DNA of 64,000 nucleotides from Thermoanaerobaculaceae bacterium (GTDB taxonomy: Bacteria > Acidobacteriota > Thermoanaerobaculia > Multivoradales > UBA5704): contig CAVZUZ010000009.1 of assembly GCA_963778565.1 (NCBI GenBank), forward strand, positions 868,418 to 932,417, given 5' to 3'. This document shows positions 10,669 to 20,451 of this stretch, one piece after another (the first letter of the stretch is position 1; the number at the start of each line of letters is the position of its first letter). Position numbers and translations under genes: made by a program. Under the pieces are notes generated by a model. It was not told the DNA's origin, ran no database searches, and worked only from the letters and a program-made list of their open reading frames with translations.

Positions 10669-11060
10669 GCCCGCCGCTCGCGCAGGCTCGAGAAGAGCCG
10701 CAGCAGCTCCGTTCGCAAGGCCGGAAAGTCGCTCCGGCGGGCCTCCGGCTTGAGATGAACCACCAAGTCCAAAGCGGGAAGCTGGCTGCGATCCTGCCAT
10801 CGCCGGTAGATCTCTTTGATCCTGCGTCTGAGCCGATGGCGTTCCACCGCTTTGCCCACCTTGCGGCTGGCGGTGATGCCGATGCGCGGGTGCCCGAGCT
10901 GGTTCGGTGCGAAATATATGAGTGCCAGCGATCCGTGTCGCCGGCGCCCCGTCCGGTAGCACCTGAGGTAATCGGTCCGCCGCCGCAGCCTCTCCCGGGG
11001 AGGCAGGCGCTCGCCCGCCACGCTTCGGGGCTGGCCGGGCAGGCGCGCCGCGCCCGGCAT
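10665..11060 (-). CDS. rnpA: Ribonuclease P protein component
   Basis: [34 protein letters not shown]. Confidence 0.92.
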   Translation of the reverse strand: MPGAARLPGQPRSVAGERLPPRERLRRRTDYLRCYRTGRRRHGSLALIYFAPNQLGHPRIGITASRKVGKAVERHRLRRRIKEIYRRWQDRSQLPALDLVVHLKPEARRSDFPALRTELLRLFSSLRERRA

Positions 11061-11194
11061 CAGACGCTCAGGCGCTTGCGTCCCTTGCGGCGCCGCCGCG
11101 CCAGCACCGCGCGGCCGTGACGGGTGCGCATCCGCACCAGGAAGCCGTGCGTCCGCTTGCGCCGACGGTTGTTGGGCTGAAAAGTCCGTTTCAC
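11060..11194 (-). CDS. rpmH: 50S ribosomal protein L34
   Basis: [47 protein letters not shown] start. Confidence 0.97.
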   Translation of the reverse strand: MKRTFQPNNRRRKRTHGFLVRMRTRHGRAVLARRRRKGRKRLSV

Positions 11195-11332
11195 TGTGGA
11201 ACCGCCTTCTTCCAAGTCGTGGTCATGGATCGCGGGACCGCCGGTCCCCATGGAACCGCCCGCTCGCATCGAACGAAACCCGTAAAGTAGTTCACCGGAC
11301 GCCCGGCCGTCAAGGACGCCGGCGACGATGAA

Positions 11333-11422
11333 TGGCGGAGAGGGTGGGATTCGAACCCACGGACCGGTTGCCCGGTCAACGGTTTTCGAGACCGCCCCAT
11401 TCGACCGCTCTGGCACCTCTCC
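11333..11422 (-). tRNA. tRNA-Ser(CGA)
   Basis: GGAGAGG acceptor, anticodon arm gcggt-CT CGA AA-accgt, long variable arm, GGTTCGAATCC, CCA end. Confidence 0.95.
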
Positions 11423-11446
11423 GGTTGTCTCTTCCTGCTGATCGAT

Positions 11447-11536
<90 letters not shown>

Positions 11537-11558
11537 AGGATTCTGCCAAAGAACGCCG

Positions 11559-12026
11559 TCACTGTGGCGCGCGCCGTAGCGACGCGAAGAAGCCGCGCAG
11601 CAGCGCGGCGCTCTCGCTTTCCAGAACGCCCGCCGTCACCTCCAGCCGGTGGTTGAGCCGCGGATCCTGGACCAGATTGCCCAGGGTGCCGCAGTATCCC
11701 GCCTTGGGATCGGCCGCCCCGTAGACGAGCCGTTCGACGCGGCTGTTGACCAGGGCTCCGGCGCACATCGCGCAAGGCTCGAGGGTCACGTACATGGTGC
11801 ACCCCTCGAGCCGCCACCCCTGTAACCGTGATGCCGCCCCGCGAATTGCGAGGATCTCGGCATGCGCCAGCGGATCGCAATCGATCTCGCGGCGGTTGTG
11901 GCCCCGGCCGACCACCTCCCCATCCCGCACCACCACGGCGCCGATCGGCACCTCGCCGATCCCGGCGGCCCGCTTCGCCTCGGCGAGGGCTTCCAGCATC
12001 CAGAACTGATCTGCCGGTCTCTCCAA
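11559..12026 (-). CDS. tadA: tRNA adenosine(34) deaminase TadA
   Basis: [26 protein letters not shown]; start uncertain. Confidence 0.92.
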   Translation of the reverse strand: MERPADQFWMLEALAEAKRAAGIGEVPIGAVVVRDGEVVGRGHNRREIDCDPLAHAEILAIRGAASRLQGWRLEGCTMYVTLEPCAMCAGALVNSRVERLVYGAADPKAGYCGTLGNLVQDPRLNHRLEVTAGVLESESAALLRGFFASLRRAPQ

Positions 12027-12243
12027 GGGCGGGCCCGCCGAACGGAAAGCGTATCTTACCCGAGAAGGACCAAGCCGCAAAGCGCGGGGCTCCGCAATGA
12101 GGAAACGCCTATCCAAAGCGACGCAGTGTCGGCCGCGCCAGCCGCCAGGGGAATTCGCGGCGCTGCGGCGGGGTTCTCGGAGGTGCGCCGCGTTCTTTAC
12201 TTCCCCGATCCCAAGTCATAGCATGAGGGCCTGCAGTGGCCCG

Positions 12244-12351
12244 CGAAGGGTTCGGGTCCTGTGCATCGGTCTGCACCGAACCTCGTCAGGCCCGGAAGGG
12301 AGCAGCGATAAGGTGTCCGGTCGAGTGCCGCAGATTCACCGGAACCCTTCG
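12244..12351 (+). ncRNA. ffs: Small SRP RNA (4.5S)
   Basis: Conserved helix-8 motif TCAGG-CCCGGAAGGG-AGCAGC; terminal stem cgaagggttc/gaacccttcg; located between tadA and dnaX. Confidence 0.92.
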
Positions 12352-12371
12352 TCGACCACTGCCATCGCCCC

Positions 12372-14031
12372 ATGACGTACCAGGTCCTCGCGCGCAAGTG
12401 GCGCCCACAGAGCTTCTCCAACCTCGTCGGCCAAGCACCGATCGTCACCGCTCTGCGCAACGCCCTGAAGGAAGGGCGGATCGCCCAGGCCTACCTCTTC
12501 TCCGGCATCCGCGGCGTCGGCAAGACGACGGCGGCGCGCGTCCTCGCCAAGGCGCTCAACTGCGAACGCGGTCCGACCGCCGATCCCTGCAACGAGTGCG
12601 TGACCTGCATCGAGATCACCCGCGGCTCGAGACCTTGACGTCATCGAGGTCGACGCCGCCACCTATTCCAAGGTCGAGCAGATCCGCGAGCTCACCGAGA
12701 GCCAGCCAGTACGACCCGGCGCGCGAGCCGCTACAAGGTGGTGGTGATCGACGAGATTCACCGCCTTTCACGCCAGGCCTTCGACGCTCTACTGAAGATC
12801 GTCGAGGAGCCGCCGCCGCACTTGGTCTTCATCTTCGCCACCACCGAGATCGACGCCGTGCCGGCGACGATCCTCTCGCGCTGCCAGGAGTTCCACTTCC
12901 GGCGCGTGCCGTCGCAGGAGCTTGCGGCGCATCTGCGCCAGATCGCGGAGGCGGAGGCCATCCAGGCGAGCGACGCGGCGCTGCGGCTCATCGCCCGCGC
13001 CGGCGAAGGCAGCGTGCGCGACTCGGTGGCGCTGCTCGATCAGCTCGCCACCTTCGGCTCGGGCGCCATCGCCGACGAGGACGCCGTGCGCCTGCTGGGC
13101 GGGCTCGACACCGCCCTGTTCTACAGGCTTCTGGAGGGCATCCTGGCGGGCGATCCCCAGGCGGTGAGCGCCGCCGTGCGCCGGGTGGAGGAGGAGGGGT
13201 GGGATCCGCGGCACGTCTACGGCCAGTTCCTCGCCTTCTGCCGCGACGCCCTCCACCTGGCCATGGGCGGCTCGCCGGCGCAGGTGGATCTTCCCGGCGA
13301 GGAGGCGCAAGCCCTGGCCGCGACGGCCAAGGCGGGCGGCTACGAGAACCTGCTGCGGCTCCTCAACCAGCTCCTGACCAGCGAGCCCCTGGTGCGGCGC
13401 AGCGAGACCGGCGCGCTCGCCGTCGAGATCGCCTGGCTGCGCGCCGCCGAGCTGCCGAAGCTGACCCGCGTCGAGGAGCTGCTCGTCGCCGGGAACGTCC
13501 GGCTGCAGGCTGCCCCGGGCGCCACGCGGGCCGCTCCAGGGGCGACGCCTCGTTCCGGACCCGCTCCTGCGCCGCCGGTCCGTGCATCAGCGCCCCCCGC
13601 TGCGGCGAAGCAGCTCGGCACCGCCACCGCGATCCGCGCCGAGAGAAACGGCCGATCCGATGACCGTCTTCCGGGAAGAGGCGTCCAAGCGCAAGCAGAA
13701 CCTCGGCGGTTTTCTGGACGCGGCCGAGGAAGTGCGCTTCGAGGATGGCCGCGTCAGAATCGTTCTCGCGAGCGGCGACGCCTACTCCCGAGCTCGGTCG
13801 GACGCCTACCGGCCGGCCCTGGAGGAAGCGGCGGTGGCCGCGTGGGGCCCGGGAACCGGACTTGATATCGTGGAGAGCAGAACGGCGCCCGGGGACCCTC
13901 AGACGGCGGTGCTGAAGCCGGTGCCGATGAAGGAGGTCGAGCAGATCCCCGCCGTGCAAGCGGTGCTCGAGATCTTCAAGGGCAGCCGGATCGAGACCGT
14001 GGAAGAGCACGGCAGCTATACGGAGGATTGA
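12372..14031 (+). CDS. dnaX: DNA polymerase III gamma/tau subunit (several frameshifts)
   Basis: [44 protein letters not shown]; pieces lie in different frames. Confidence 0.92.
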
Positions 14032-14036
14032 GACCG

Positions 14037-14333
14037 ATGAGCAGCATGCGGCAGTTGATGAAGCAGGCCCAGGAGATGCAGGAGCGCCTCCAGCGCGAGC
14101 TCGACGAGCTCGTCGTCGAGGCCAGCGTCGGCGGGGGCATGGTCACCGTGAGGATGAGCGGCCACAAGCAGCTCGTCGGGTGCAGGATCGATCCCGAGGC
14201 GATGGACCCGAAGGACCCCTCGATGCTGGAGGACCTGATCGTCGCCGCCGTCAACGAGGCCGGCCGCAAGATCGAGGAGACGATGCAGGGGAAGATGGGC
14301 TCGATGGCGGCCAGCCTGCCGGGCCTGTTCTAG
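14037..14333 (+). CDS. ybaB: YbaB/EbfC nucleoid-associated protein
   Basis: LMKQAQEMQ, GGGMVTV, MLEDLIVAAVNEA; between dnaX and recR. Confidence 0.93.
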   Translation: MSSMRQLMKQAQEMQERLQRELDELVVEASVGGGMVTVRMSGHKQLVGCRIDPEAMDPKDPSMLEDLIVAAVNEAGRKIEETMQGKMGSMAASLPGLF

Positions 14334-14348
14334 CCCCGCGCAGACCGG

Positions 14349-14933
14349 ATGTCCGAACCCCTCGCCCGGCTCATCGGCGAGCTCGCCCGGCTCCCCGGCA
14401 TCGGTCCCAAGACCGCGACCCGACTCGCCCACTATCTTCTAAGGGTACCGGCCGCCGAGGCCCAGGCGCTCGCGCAGGCCATCGTCGAAGTGAAGGAGAA
14501 GCTCTTCCACTGCTCGGTCTGCAATGCCATCACGGCCGTGGACCCCTGCCGTTACTGCTCCGACCCGCGGCGGGACCGCGGCCGGATCTGCGTCGTCGAG
14601 GAGCCGTTCAACCTCGAGCCGCTCGAGCGCACGGGCGAGTACCACGGCCTGTACCACGTCCTGCTGGGCGCGCTTTCGCCGCACCGCGGGATCGGCCCCG
14701 ACCGCCTGGCGATCCCCGGCCTCCTGGCGCGTTTGGAGGGGATCGAGGAGGTCATCCTGGCCACCAACCCCAACGTCGAAGGGGAGGCGACGGCCCTCTT
14801 CCTCGCCCGCCTGCTCAAGCCACGGGGAATCCGGATCACCCGCCTCGCCTTCGGCATGCCGGTCGGCGGCGACATCGAGTACACCGACGAGGTGACGCTG
14901 GGCCGGTCGCTCGCCGGCCGGCGGGAGATGTGA
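14349..14933 (+). CDS. recR: Recombination mediator RecR
   Basis: LPGIGPKTA, C4 zinc finger, ILATNPNVEGEATA, GGDIEYTD. Confidence 0.95.
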   Translation: MSEPLARLIGELARLPGIGPKTATRLAHYLLRVPAAEAQALAQAIVEVKEKLFHCSVCNAITAVDPCRYCSDPRRDRGRICVVEEPFNLEPLERTGEYHGLYHVLLGALSPHRGIGPDRLAIPGLLARLEGIEEVILATNPNVEGEATALFLARLLKPRGIRITRLAFGMPVGGDIEYTDEVTLGRSLAGRREM

Positions 14934-16268
14934 CCTTCGGCGACCTCCTTCCCGAGGTCGTCGTGCCGCCGCCCGGGCCGCGCTCGCGCGAGCTGTCCGC
15001 CGCCCTGCGGGAGGTCGAGGCCCCGGGAATCAGCACCCTGCCTTGCGGGGAGAGCTTTCAACCATCCATCCTCTGGGATGAGGCGCGGGGCGCCAACGTC
15101 CGCGACGTCGACGGCAACGTCTATGTCGACCTCACCTCCGGCTTCGGTGTCGCGGCGGTGGGACACCGCCACCCGCGGGTCGTCGCGGCGGTGCGCGAGC
15201 AGGCAGGCCGGCTGCTCCATGGGCTGGGCGACGTGCACGCCCATCCGCTGCGGATCGCGCTGGCGCGGCGGCTCGCCGGCGTCGCACCGGTGGACGATCC
15301 CCAGGTCTTCTTCGCCATCTCGGGCGCCGAGGCGGTGGAGATTGCCCTGAAGACCGCCCTGGGCGCAACCGGCCGGCCGGGTATCCTCGCCTTCGAGCCC
15401 TCCTATCACGGTCTGACCCTGGGGGCGCTCGCCGTCACCAGCCGGCAGGAGTTCCGCGCGCCGTTCGCCGCCCACCTGCATGGGCACGTCCGCCGCCTGC
15501 CCTTCGGCGCCGCTCTGGAGAGGGTCGACGAGGCGCTCGCCCATGGCGACGACGGCCATGGCCGCGATGACCGCGATGACCACGGCATTGGCGCGGCCGG
15601 CGCCGTCATCGTCGAGCCGATCGTGGGCCGCGAAGGCGTTCTGGTCCCCCCCGCCGGCTGGCTCGCCGGGCTTTCGGACCTCTGCCGCCGGCACGGCGCA
15701 CTGCTGATCGCCGACGAGATCTTCACCGGCTTCGGCCGCACCGGCCGGCTTTTCGCGGTCGAGCACGACGGCGTGCGACCGGACGTCCTCTGCTGCGGCA
15801 AGGCGCTCGGAGGGGGATTGCCCATCGCCGCCGTGATCGCCCGGCGCCCTCTCTTCCGCTGCTGGGAGACCCCGGGCGAGGCGCTCCACACCGCCACGTT
15901 CGTAGCGAATCCCCTGGCCTGCGCCGCCGCGTTGGCCGCGCTGGACGTGCTGGTGGAAGAGGATCTCCCCGCGCGGGCCGCCCGCCTCGGCGAGGACCTC
16001 GGACGCCGCCTGTCGAGCTGGCCGGAACGGTTCACCGCCGTCGAGGAGGTCCGCGGCCGCGGCCTGCTCTGGGGGGTCGAGCTTCCGTTGCCGCGAGCAG
16101 GCGAAGCGGTTGATGCTGGCGGCCTGGTCCCGGGGCGTGCTCCTTCTCGCCGGCGGACCGCAGGGCCGGGTGGCCCAGCTCGTGCCGCCGTTGACGGTGA
16201 CGGAGGAGCAGCTCGCCGCGGCAGCGGGAATCCTCGAGTCCATCCTGGCGGGGGATCCGGCCGGCTGA
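14930..16268 (+). CDS. Class III PLP-dependent aminotransferase, frameshift near 16085
   Basis: DVDGNVYVDL, SGAEAVE, YHGLT, LIADEIFTGFGRTG, GKALGGG, VRGRGLL. Confidence 0.88.
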
Positions 16269-16289
16269 GGTCTCTCTTACAATCCCGCC

Positions 16290-16865
16290 ATGCTTCCCGC
16301 CCCCCGCTTCAAGATCGCCTTCATCGGCAGCCACGGCGTAGGGAAGACCACGCTGTGCTATGGCCTGGCGGCGCGCCTCAAGCGGCGCGACGTGGCGGTC
16401 GAGGTGGTGCACGAGGTGGCGCGACGGTGTCCGCTGCCGATCAACGAGGAGACGTCGGTCGCGGCGCAGTCGTGGATCCTCCACAGCCAGATCGCCGAGG
16501 AGCTGGTGGCCCAGGCCCGGTATCCGGTCGTGGTCTGCGACCGCAGCGTGCTGGATAACTACGTCTACCTGCTCCTCGCGGCGGGGCGGCAGGAGGGGCC
16601 GGAGGCCCTCGTCCGGTTCTGGATGCAGGGATACGACCTGCTGGTGCACGTTCCCATCTTCGAGCAGCTGAGCCCGGACGGCATCCGCTCGCCGGATCCG
16701 GGGTTCCAGCATGCCGTCGAGGACCGGCTCGCCCGCGAGCTGGCAAAGAGGAACCTGCCGGCCCTGCACCTCGATCCGGCGGCGCGCGCCGGTTGGCTCG
16801 ACACGGTGGAGCGGAACGTCTGGGAGCTACTGCGGCCGGCCCAGTTGCCGCTGCTCTCGCCGTAG
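16290..16865 (+). CDS. NadR/Ttd14-like P-loop kinase (AAA_28)
   Basis: KIAFIGSHGVGKTT, EVAR, CDRSVLDNYVY. Confidence 0.75.
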   Translation: MLPAPRFKIAFIGSHGVGKTTLCYGLAARLKRRDVAVEVVHEVARRCPLPINEETSVAAQSWILHSQIAEELVAQARYPVVVCDRSVLDNYVYLLLAAGRQEGPEALVRFWMQGYDLLVHVPIFEQLSPDGIRSPDPGFQHAVEDRLARELAKRNLPALHLDPAARAGWLDTVERNVWELLRPAQLPLLSP

Positions 16866-16878
16866 GGAGGGTGGAGCC

Positions 16879-17553
16879 ATGCCGTCTTTCGAAGGCCTGG
16901 TGCTGGCGTTGCTCGTGGCGCTTTTGACGGCCGGGGCCCTCGGGCTCTGGGCCATCCTGCGCCAGCCGTCCGCGAGCCCCGCCCTGCAGGCCCTGGGGCA
17001 AGGCCGGTTCGCCGCCGCCCTCGCGGCCGCCCGCACCGATGCCCGAGCCGGCCGCGACGAGCTGTACGCCGCCGCCGTGGCCGCCAAGCACCTCCTCGAG
17101 CTCGACCGCGCCCGCTCATTCCTTGAGCGCATCCTCGCCCGGGATCCGGGAGACGGCGAGGCCTGGCTGGAGAGCGGTCTGGTGGCGGCTTACGCCGGCG
17201 ACCCGGCGGCAGCCGACCGCGCCTTCTCGAAGGTGGAGCCCCTGCGGTCGGACCTCTTGGAATCGCTCACCTTGCATCGCGCCTGGCTGGCGCTGCGGCA
17301 GGGTGATGCCGGGGCCGCCCGGCGCCTCTTCGGCGAGGTGGAGGCACCGCTCGAGAATAAGCTCCGCTCCGACCTCGGCAGCGGCGAGCCGCTCTTCGCC
17401 GAGTGGTTTCTGCAGGCCGCCGCGCTCTGGCGCGACGCCGGCGATGACGAGCGTGCCGGATGGGCCTGGCGGGAAGGCCGGGCGTCCGCGCCGGAGAGCC
17501 GTCTCGGCGAGGTGGTGGACGCAGATCTGGCGCGAAAACCTTCGCTACAATAG
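16879..17553 (+). CDS. Membrane-anchored TPR-like protein
   Basis: N-terminal TM helix, Ala/Leu-rich helical repeats (DPGDGEAWLESG). Confidence 0.6.
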   Translation: MPSFEGLVLALLVALLTAGALGLWAILRQPSASPALQALGQGRFAAALAAARTDARAGRDELYAAAVAAKHLLELDRARSFLERILARDPGDGEAWLESGLVAAYAGDPAAADRAFSKVEPLRSDLLESLTLHRAWLALRQGDAGAARRLFGEVEAPLENKLRSDLGSGEPLFAEWFLQAAALWRDAGDDERAGWAWREGRASAPESRLGEVVDADLARKPSLQ

Positions 17554-17571
17554 GCGCTACAATAGGCGCCC

Positions 17572-18573
17572 TTGGGGATCGAGAAGCTTCTGCGGCGATG
17601 GGAGATCTTCTCCCACTTTACGGACGAGGAGCTCGTTCAGCTGGCGCAGTGCGCCACGCGCAGCCGCTTTCCCGCCGGAATCACGGTGGTCAAGGAAGGC
17701 GAGCCCACCCAGGACGCCTATCTGATCGAGAGCGGCGGCGTACGTATCCAGCGCAAGACGCCCTATGGCCAGTTCAGCCTGGCGGCCCTGACGCCGGGCG
17801 CGATCTTCGGCGAGACCGCGTTCGTCGATCGCGTCCCCCGCTCGGGAAGCGCGGTGACGACGGCCGAGACCGAGCTGATCGCCCTGAATCCCGTCGCCCT
17901 GTCGAACCACATGGAGCGCGATCCACGTTTCAAGCTGGCGCTCTACTGGGCGTTCTGGAAGAGCTTGTCGTCCAAGCTCCGGCAGACGAACGAGAACCTC
18001 TCCCAGTTCTTCTCGGAGACCGCCAGGCCGCCGAGCGCCGAGCCGGCTTCGACGCGGGAGTCGACCGGCGAGTTCCGCGTCGACCTCGCCTCCAAACGCA
18101 AGCTCTTCCAGGAGCAGAAGCTCTCGAGCCTGGAGATCAACTTCCTTACCTCGCTCTCCCGGGAGCGGAAGTACGGTCCCAACCAGGTCATCTTCCGCGA
18201 AGGGGACACCGGCAACGAGATGTACGTGGTGCTCGAGGGGCGGGTGATGATCAGCAAGTACATCCCCGGAGCGGGCGAGGAGGCGCTCGCCTTTCTCGAA
18301 CGGGGCGGCTACTTCGGCGAGATGGCGCTGATCGACAACGAGCCGCGATCCGCCGACGCCAAGGCGCACGAGGCCGGTACCGTCGTGCTCGCCATCTCCC
18401 GCGAAGTGCTGGCGGGCATCCTCGACATCCATAAGCTCTCGTCGATCCGGCTGCTGACCATCCTCTGCAACCTGGTGGCGAGCCGCCTGCGCGAGCTGGA
18501 CGACAAGATCATCGGCTGGTTCATCCTCGCCGGCGGCTCGGGGATCTCCTGGCCGGTGCCGCCGTCGGCGTAA
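17572..18573 (+). CDS. Tandem cyclic nucleotide-binding domain protein
   Basis: Two CNB cassettes: FGETAFVDRVPRSGSA and FGEMALIDNEPRSADA; no HTH. Confidence 0.85.
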   Translation: MGIEKLLRRWEIFSHFTDEELVQLAQCATRSRFPAGITVVKEGEPTQDAYLIESGGVRIQRKTPYGQFSLAALTPGAIFGETAFVDRVPRSGSAVTTAETELIALNPVALSNHMERDPRFKLALYWAFWKSLSSKLRQTNENLSQFFSETARPPSAEPASTRESTGEFRVDLASKRKLFQEQKLSSLEINFLTSLSRERKYGPNQVIFREGDTGNEMYVVLEGRVMISKYIPGAGEEALAFLERGGYFGEMALIDNEPRSADAKAHEAGTVVLAISREVLAGILDIHKLSSIRLLTILCNLVASRLRELDDKIIGWFILAGGSGISWPVPPSA

Positions 18574-19639
18574 CGCTTCCCTCCCCCAGCGCGCCCAGCG
18601 CCTTGCCCACCAGCGAGGACAGGGGCAGCCCGGCGCGCCCGGTCTCGTCGAACCAGCCGGCCACCTGTCCCCGAGCGGATCCCTCGCGCAGCTCGCCGCC
18701 CCAGGCGAGCTGCGCCGGGTGGACGTCGATCTCCAGGTCGCGGTAGGTAATGCCGTGACGCACCGTGGCGGCGCGGGCCGCGAGGGTCCACCGGCCACCA
18801 TAGCGGGCCGCGAGCGCGGCCTCCGGCGGCCCGTCCTCCGGCACGCCGTCCCGCTCCAGGGTCACCCACGGCAGCTCCCAGGTACCGGCAAGGAGGAGGC
18901 TGTCTTCAGGCCGGCGGAAGAGGAGGACTCCGCCGCCGTTCGACACCACGGCGACCAGGAGCCGGTGCCGTTCGGCATCGCGCTTCGCCTTCGGGAGAGG
19001 GTACCGCTCGGGCTCTCCCTCGCGCGCCGCTCGGCAGCCCGTTAGAAGGGGGCAGAGGAGGCACCGGGGGCGCCGCGGCAGACAGAGCGTCGCCCCGAGC
19101 TCCATCAGCGCCTGATTGCTGTCGCCCGGGCGCCGACGATCCATCAGCTCGGCCGCAGTTGCGAGCAGCTTGCGGCGCGAAGGCCCAGCGCGTGGGCTCT
19201 CGCCGAGCGCCAGGTAGCGCGAGAGCGCGCGCTCGACGTTGCCGTCCATGACCGGCGCGGCAACCCCGAAGGCGATGCTCGCCACGGCCGCCGCGGTGTA
19301 GGGTCCGACCCCGGGAAGGGCGCGGAGGCCCTCGACGGTGGCAGGAAACGCTCCGCGCTCGGCGACCTTCCGCGCCGCAGCGTGGAGCTGCCGCGCCCGC
19401 CGGTAATAACCGAGCCCGGACCATAGCACCAGCACCTCTTCCACCTCGGCTCCCGCCAGAGCCTCCACCGTCGGGAAGCGTTCCAGGAAACGGCCAAAGA
19501 AGGGAATCACCGTCTCCACCCGGGTCTGCTGAAGCATGACCTCGGAGAGCCAGATCTTGTAGGGATCGACCGTACGGCGCCAGGGGAGATCCCGGCGGTG
19601 CCGGTCGAACCAGGCGAGGAGGAGGCCGGAACGCCGCAT
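18521..19639 (-). CDS. mutY: A/G-specific adenine glycosylase MutY
   Basis: RDLPWR, SEVMLQQT, WSGLGYY, LPGVGPYTA, DGNV, C-x6-C-x2-C-x5-C FeS motif. Confidence 0.95.
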   Translation of the reverse strand: MRRSGLLLAWFDRHRRDLPWRRTVDPYKIWLSEVMLQQTRVETVIPFFGRFLERFPTVEALAGAEVEEVLVLWSGLGYYRRARQLHAAARKVAERGAFPATVEGLRALPGVGPYTAAAVASIAFGVAAPVMDGNVERALSRYLALGESPRAGPSRRKLLATAAELMDRRRPGDSNQALMELGATLCLPRRPRCLLCPLLTGCRAAREGEPERYPLPKAKRDAERHRLLVAVVSNGGGVLLFRRPEDSLLLAGTWELPWVTLERDGVPEDGPPEAALAARYGGRWTLAARAATVRHGITYRDLEIDVHPAQLAWGGELREGSARGQVAGWFDETGRAGLPLSSLVGKALGALGEGSVTPTAAPARRSPSRRRG

Positions 19640-19699
19640 CGCGTCATTCTAAACGCACACCGGCGGCCAAAATGGCAGAGTGAGATGTCGAGCATAGAG

Positions 19700-19892
19700 A
19701 GACGCTTCTCCCTCCTGGCGGAGGGAGAACAGGGGGGAGGCCCCATCTCTCCGGTTGGCTATTGTGGCTGTACCCCTGTGGTTAGGGGAATGTAGGTCGG
19801 ATTGAAAGAGGGCGAGATCCGAGGATCTCTAAGCTTGGTAGGACTGAGTTGGTGGGTCTGGAAACCTCCCCCCGCCTGTTACCGTGTCCTGC
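19700..19892 (-). ncRNA. Putative sigma54-dependent structured sRNA, copy 1
   Basis: Closing stem 19732-19740/19865-19873; hairpins CCCCT/AGGGG and GAGATC/GATCTC; 3' hairpin 19706-19729; homologous to 20060-20268. Confidence 0.65.
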
Positions 19893-19902
19893 AAGTGCTC
19901 TG

Positions 19903-19919
19903 TGCAACAGCCGTGCCGA
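19903..19919 (-). promoter_or_regulatory. sigma54 (-24/-12) promoter for sRNA copy 1
   Basis: Minus strand TCGGCACGGCTGTTGCA = GG-N10-GC with GGCACG...TTGC consensus. Confidence 0.75.
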
Positions 19920-20059
19920 CCCCAGCATTCCCCGGTAGGCCCGTTCCTCGAGCGCCCTTCCGGACGCTCGGCCGGGGTTGAGGAGACCGCCTCCACCTCT
20001 CACCCCTGTCCGGTCTTTTTTACAGGCGGCACGTGAAAGGATTGCCCGGCGGTACCCCC

Positions 20060-20100
20060 AAAAAGAGAGCGCCCCCCGACGCCGAAGGCGCGGGGGGCTC
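20060..20100 (-). terminator. Intrinsic terminator of sRNA copy 2
   Basis: Minus strand gagccccccgcgcc-ttcg-gcgtcggggggcgctc followed by tcttttt. Confidence 0.75.
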
Positions 20101-20268
20101 AGGGGGGAGGTTCCCTGCTTCGTGGTTGGCTGAGTTGGCTGGGTCTACCCCTGCTCAGGGGACGAAGGAGGGATCGTCATAGGGTGAGATCGCGTTAGGA
20201 TCTCTGAATGAGGATGGCTATCTTTTCGGCTGGATGGAACCTCCCCCTCGTTGCCTACTGATATGTGC
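20060..20268 (-). ncRNA. Putative sigma54-dependent structured sRNA, copy 2
   Basis: Closing stem GGGGGAGGTTCC/GGAACCTCCCCC, the same two internal hairpins as copy 1, terminator. Confidence 0.68.
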
Positions 20269-20278
20269 TCGTGGTTTT

Positions 20279-20295
20279 TGCAAAGAGCGTGCCGG
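20279..20295 (-). promoter_or_regulatory. sigma54 (-24/-12) promoter for sRNA copy 2
   Basis: Minus strand CCGGCACGCTCTTTGCA = GG-N10-GC. Confidence 0.75.
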
Positions 20296-20451
20296 GCCGC
20301 GATGGCGCGCGGAGGACGAGGAAAACCGCGTTTGCGCGAGGGCCGGCCCCTCTTGACCGGGGAGGGAACGCCCTCCAGGGCGGTTTCGTTCGTACAAACC
20401 GCCTGCTCAGAGTTTGGCATTTCTACATAGCGTGGTCCTCTGGATTGGGAT

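Noticed and set aside
12372-14031. Programmed ribosomal frameshift in dnaX (gamma/tau)
   Set aside because: Breaks fall inside the AAA+ core with no A-AAA-AAG or poly-A slippery site, and similar indels hit many other genes, so sequencing error is more likely.
19732-20247. GGAGG in the tandem units as RBS for small peptides
   Set aside because: No start codon at SD spacing in either copy, and the GGAGG is paired in the closing stem. The overlapping six-frame ORFs are not conserved between copies.
19700-20300. CRISPR array or tRNA-like genes
   Set aside because: Only two diverged long units, no identical repeats with spacers, no T-loop or CCA, and no cas genes.
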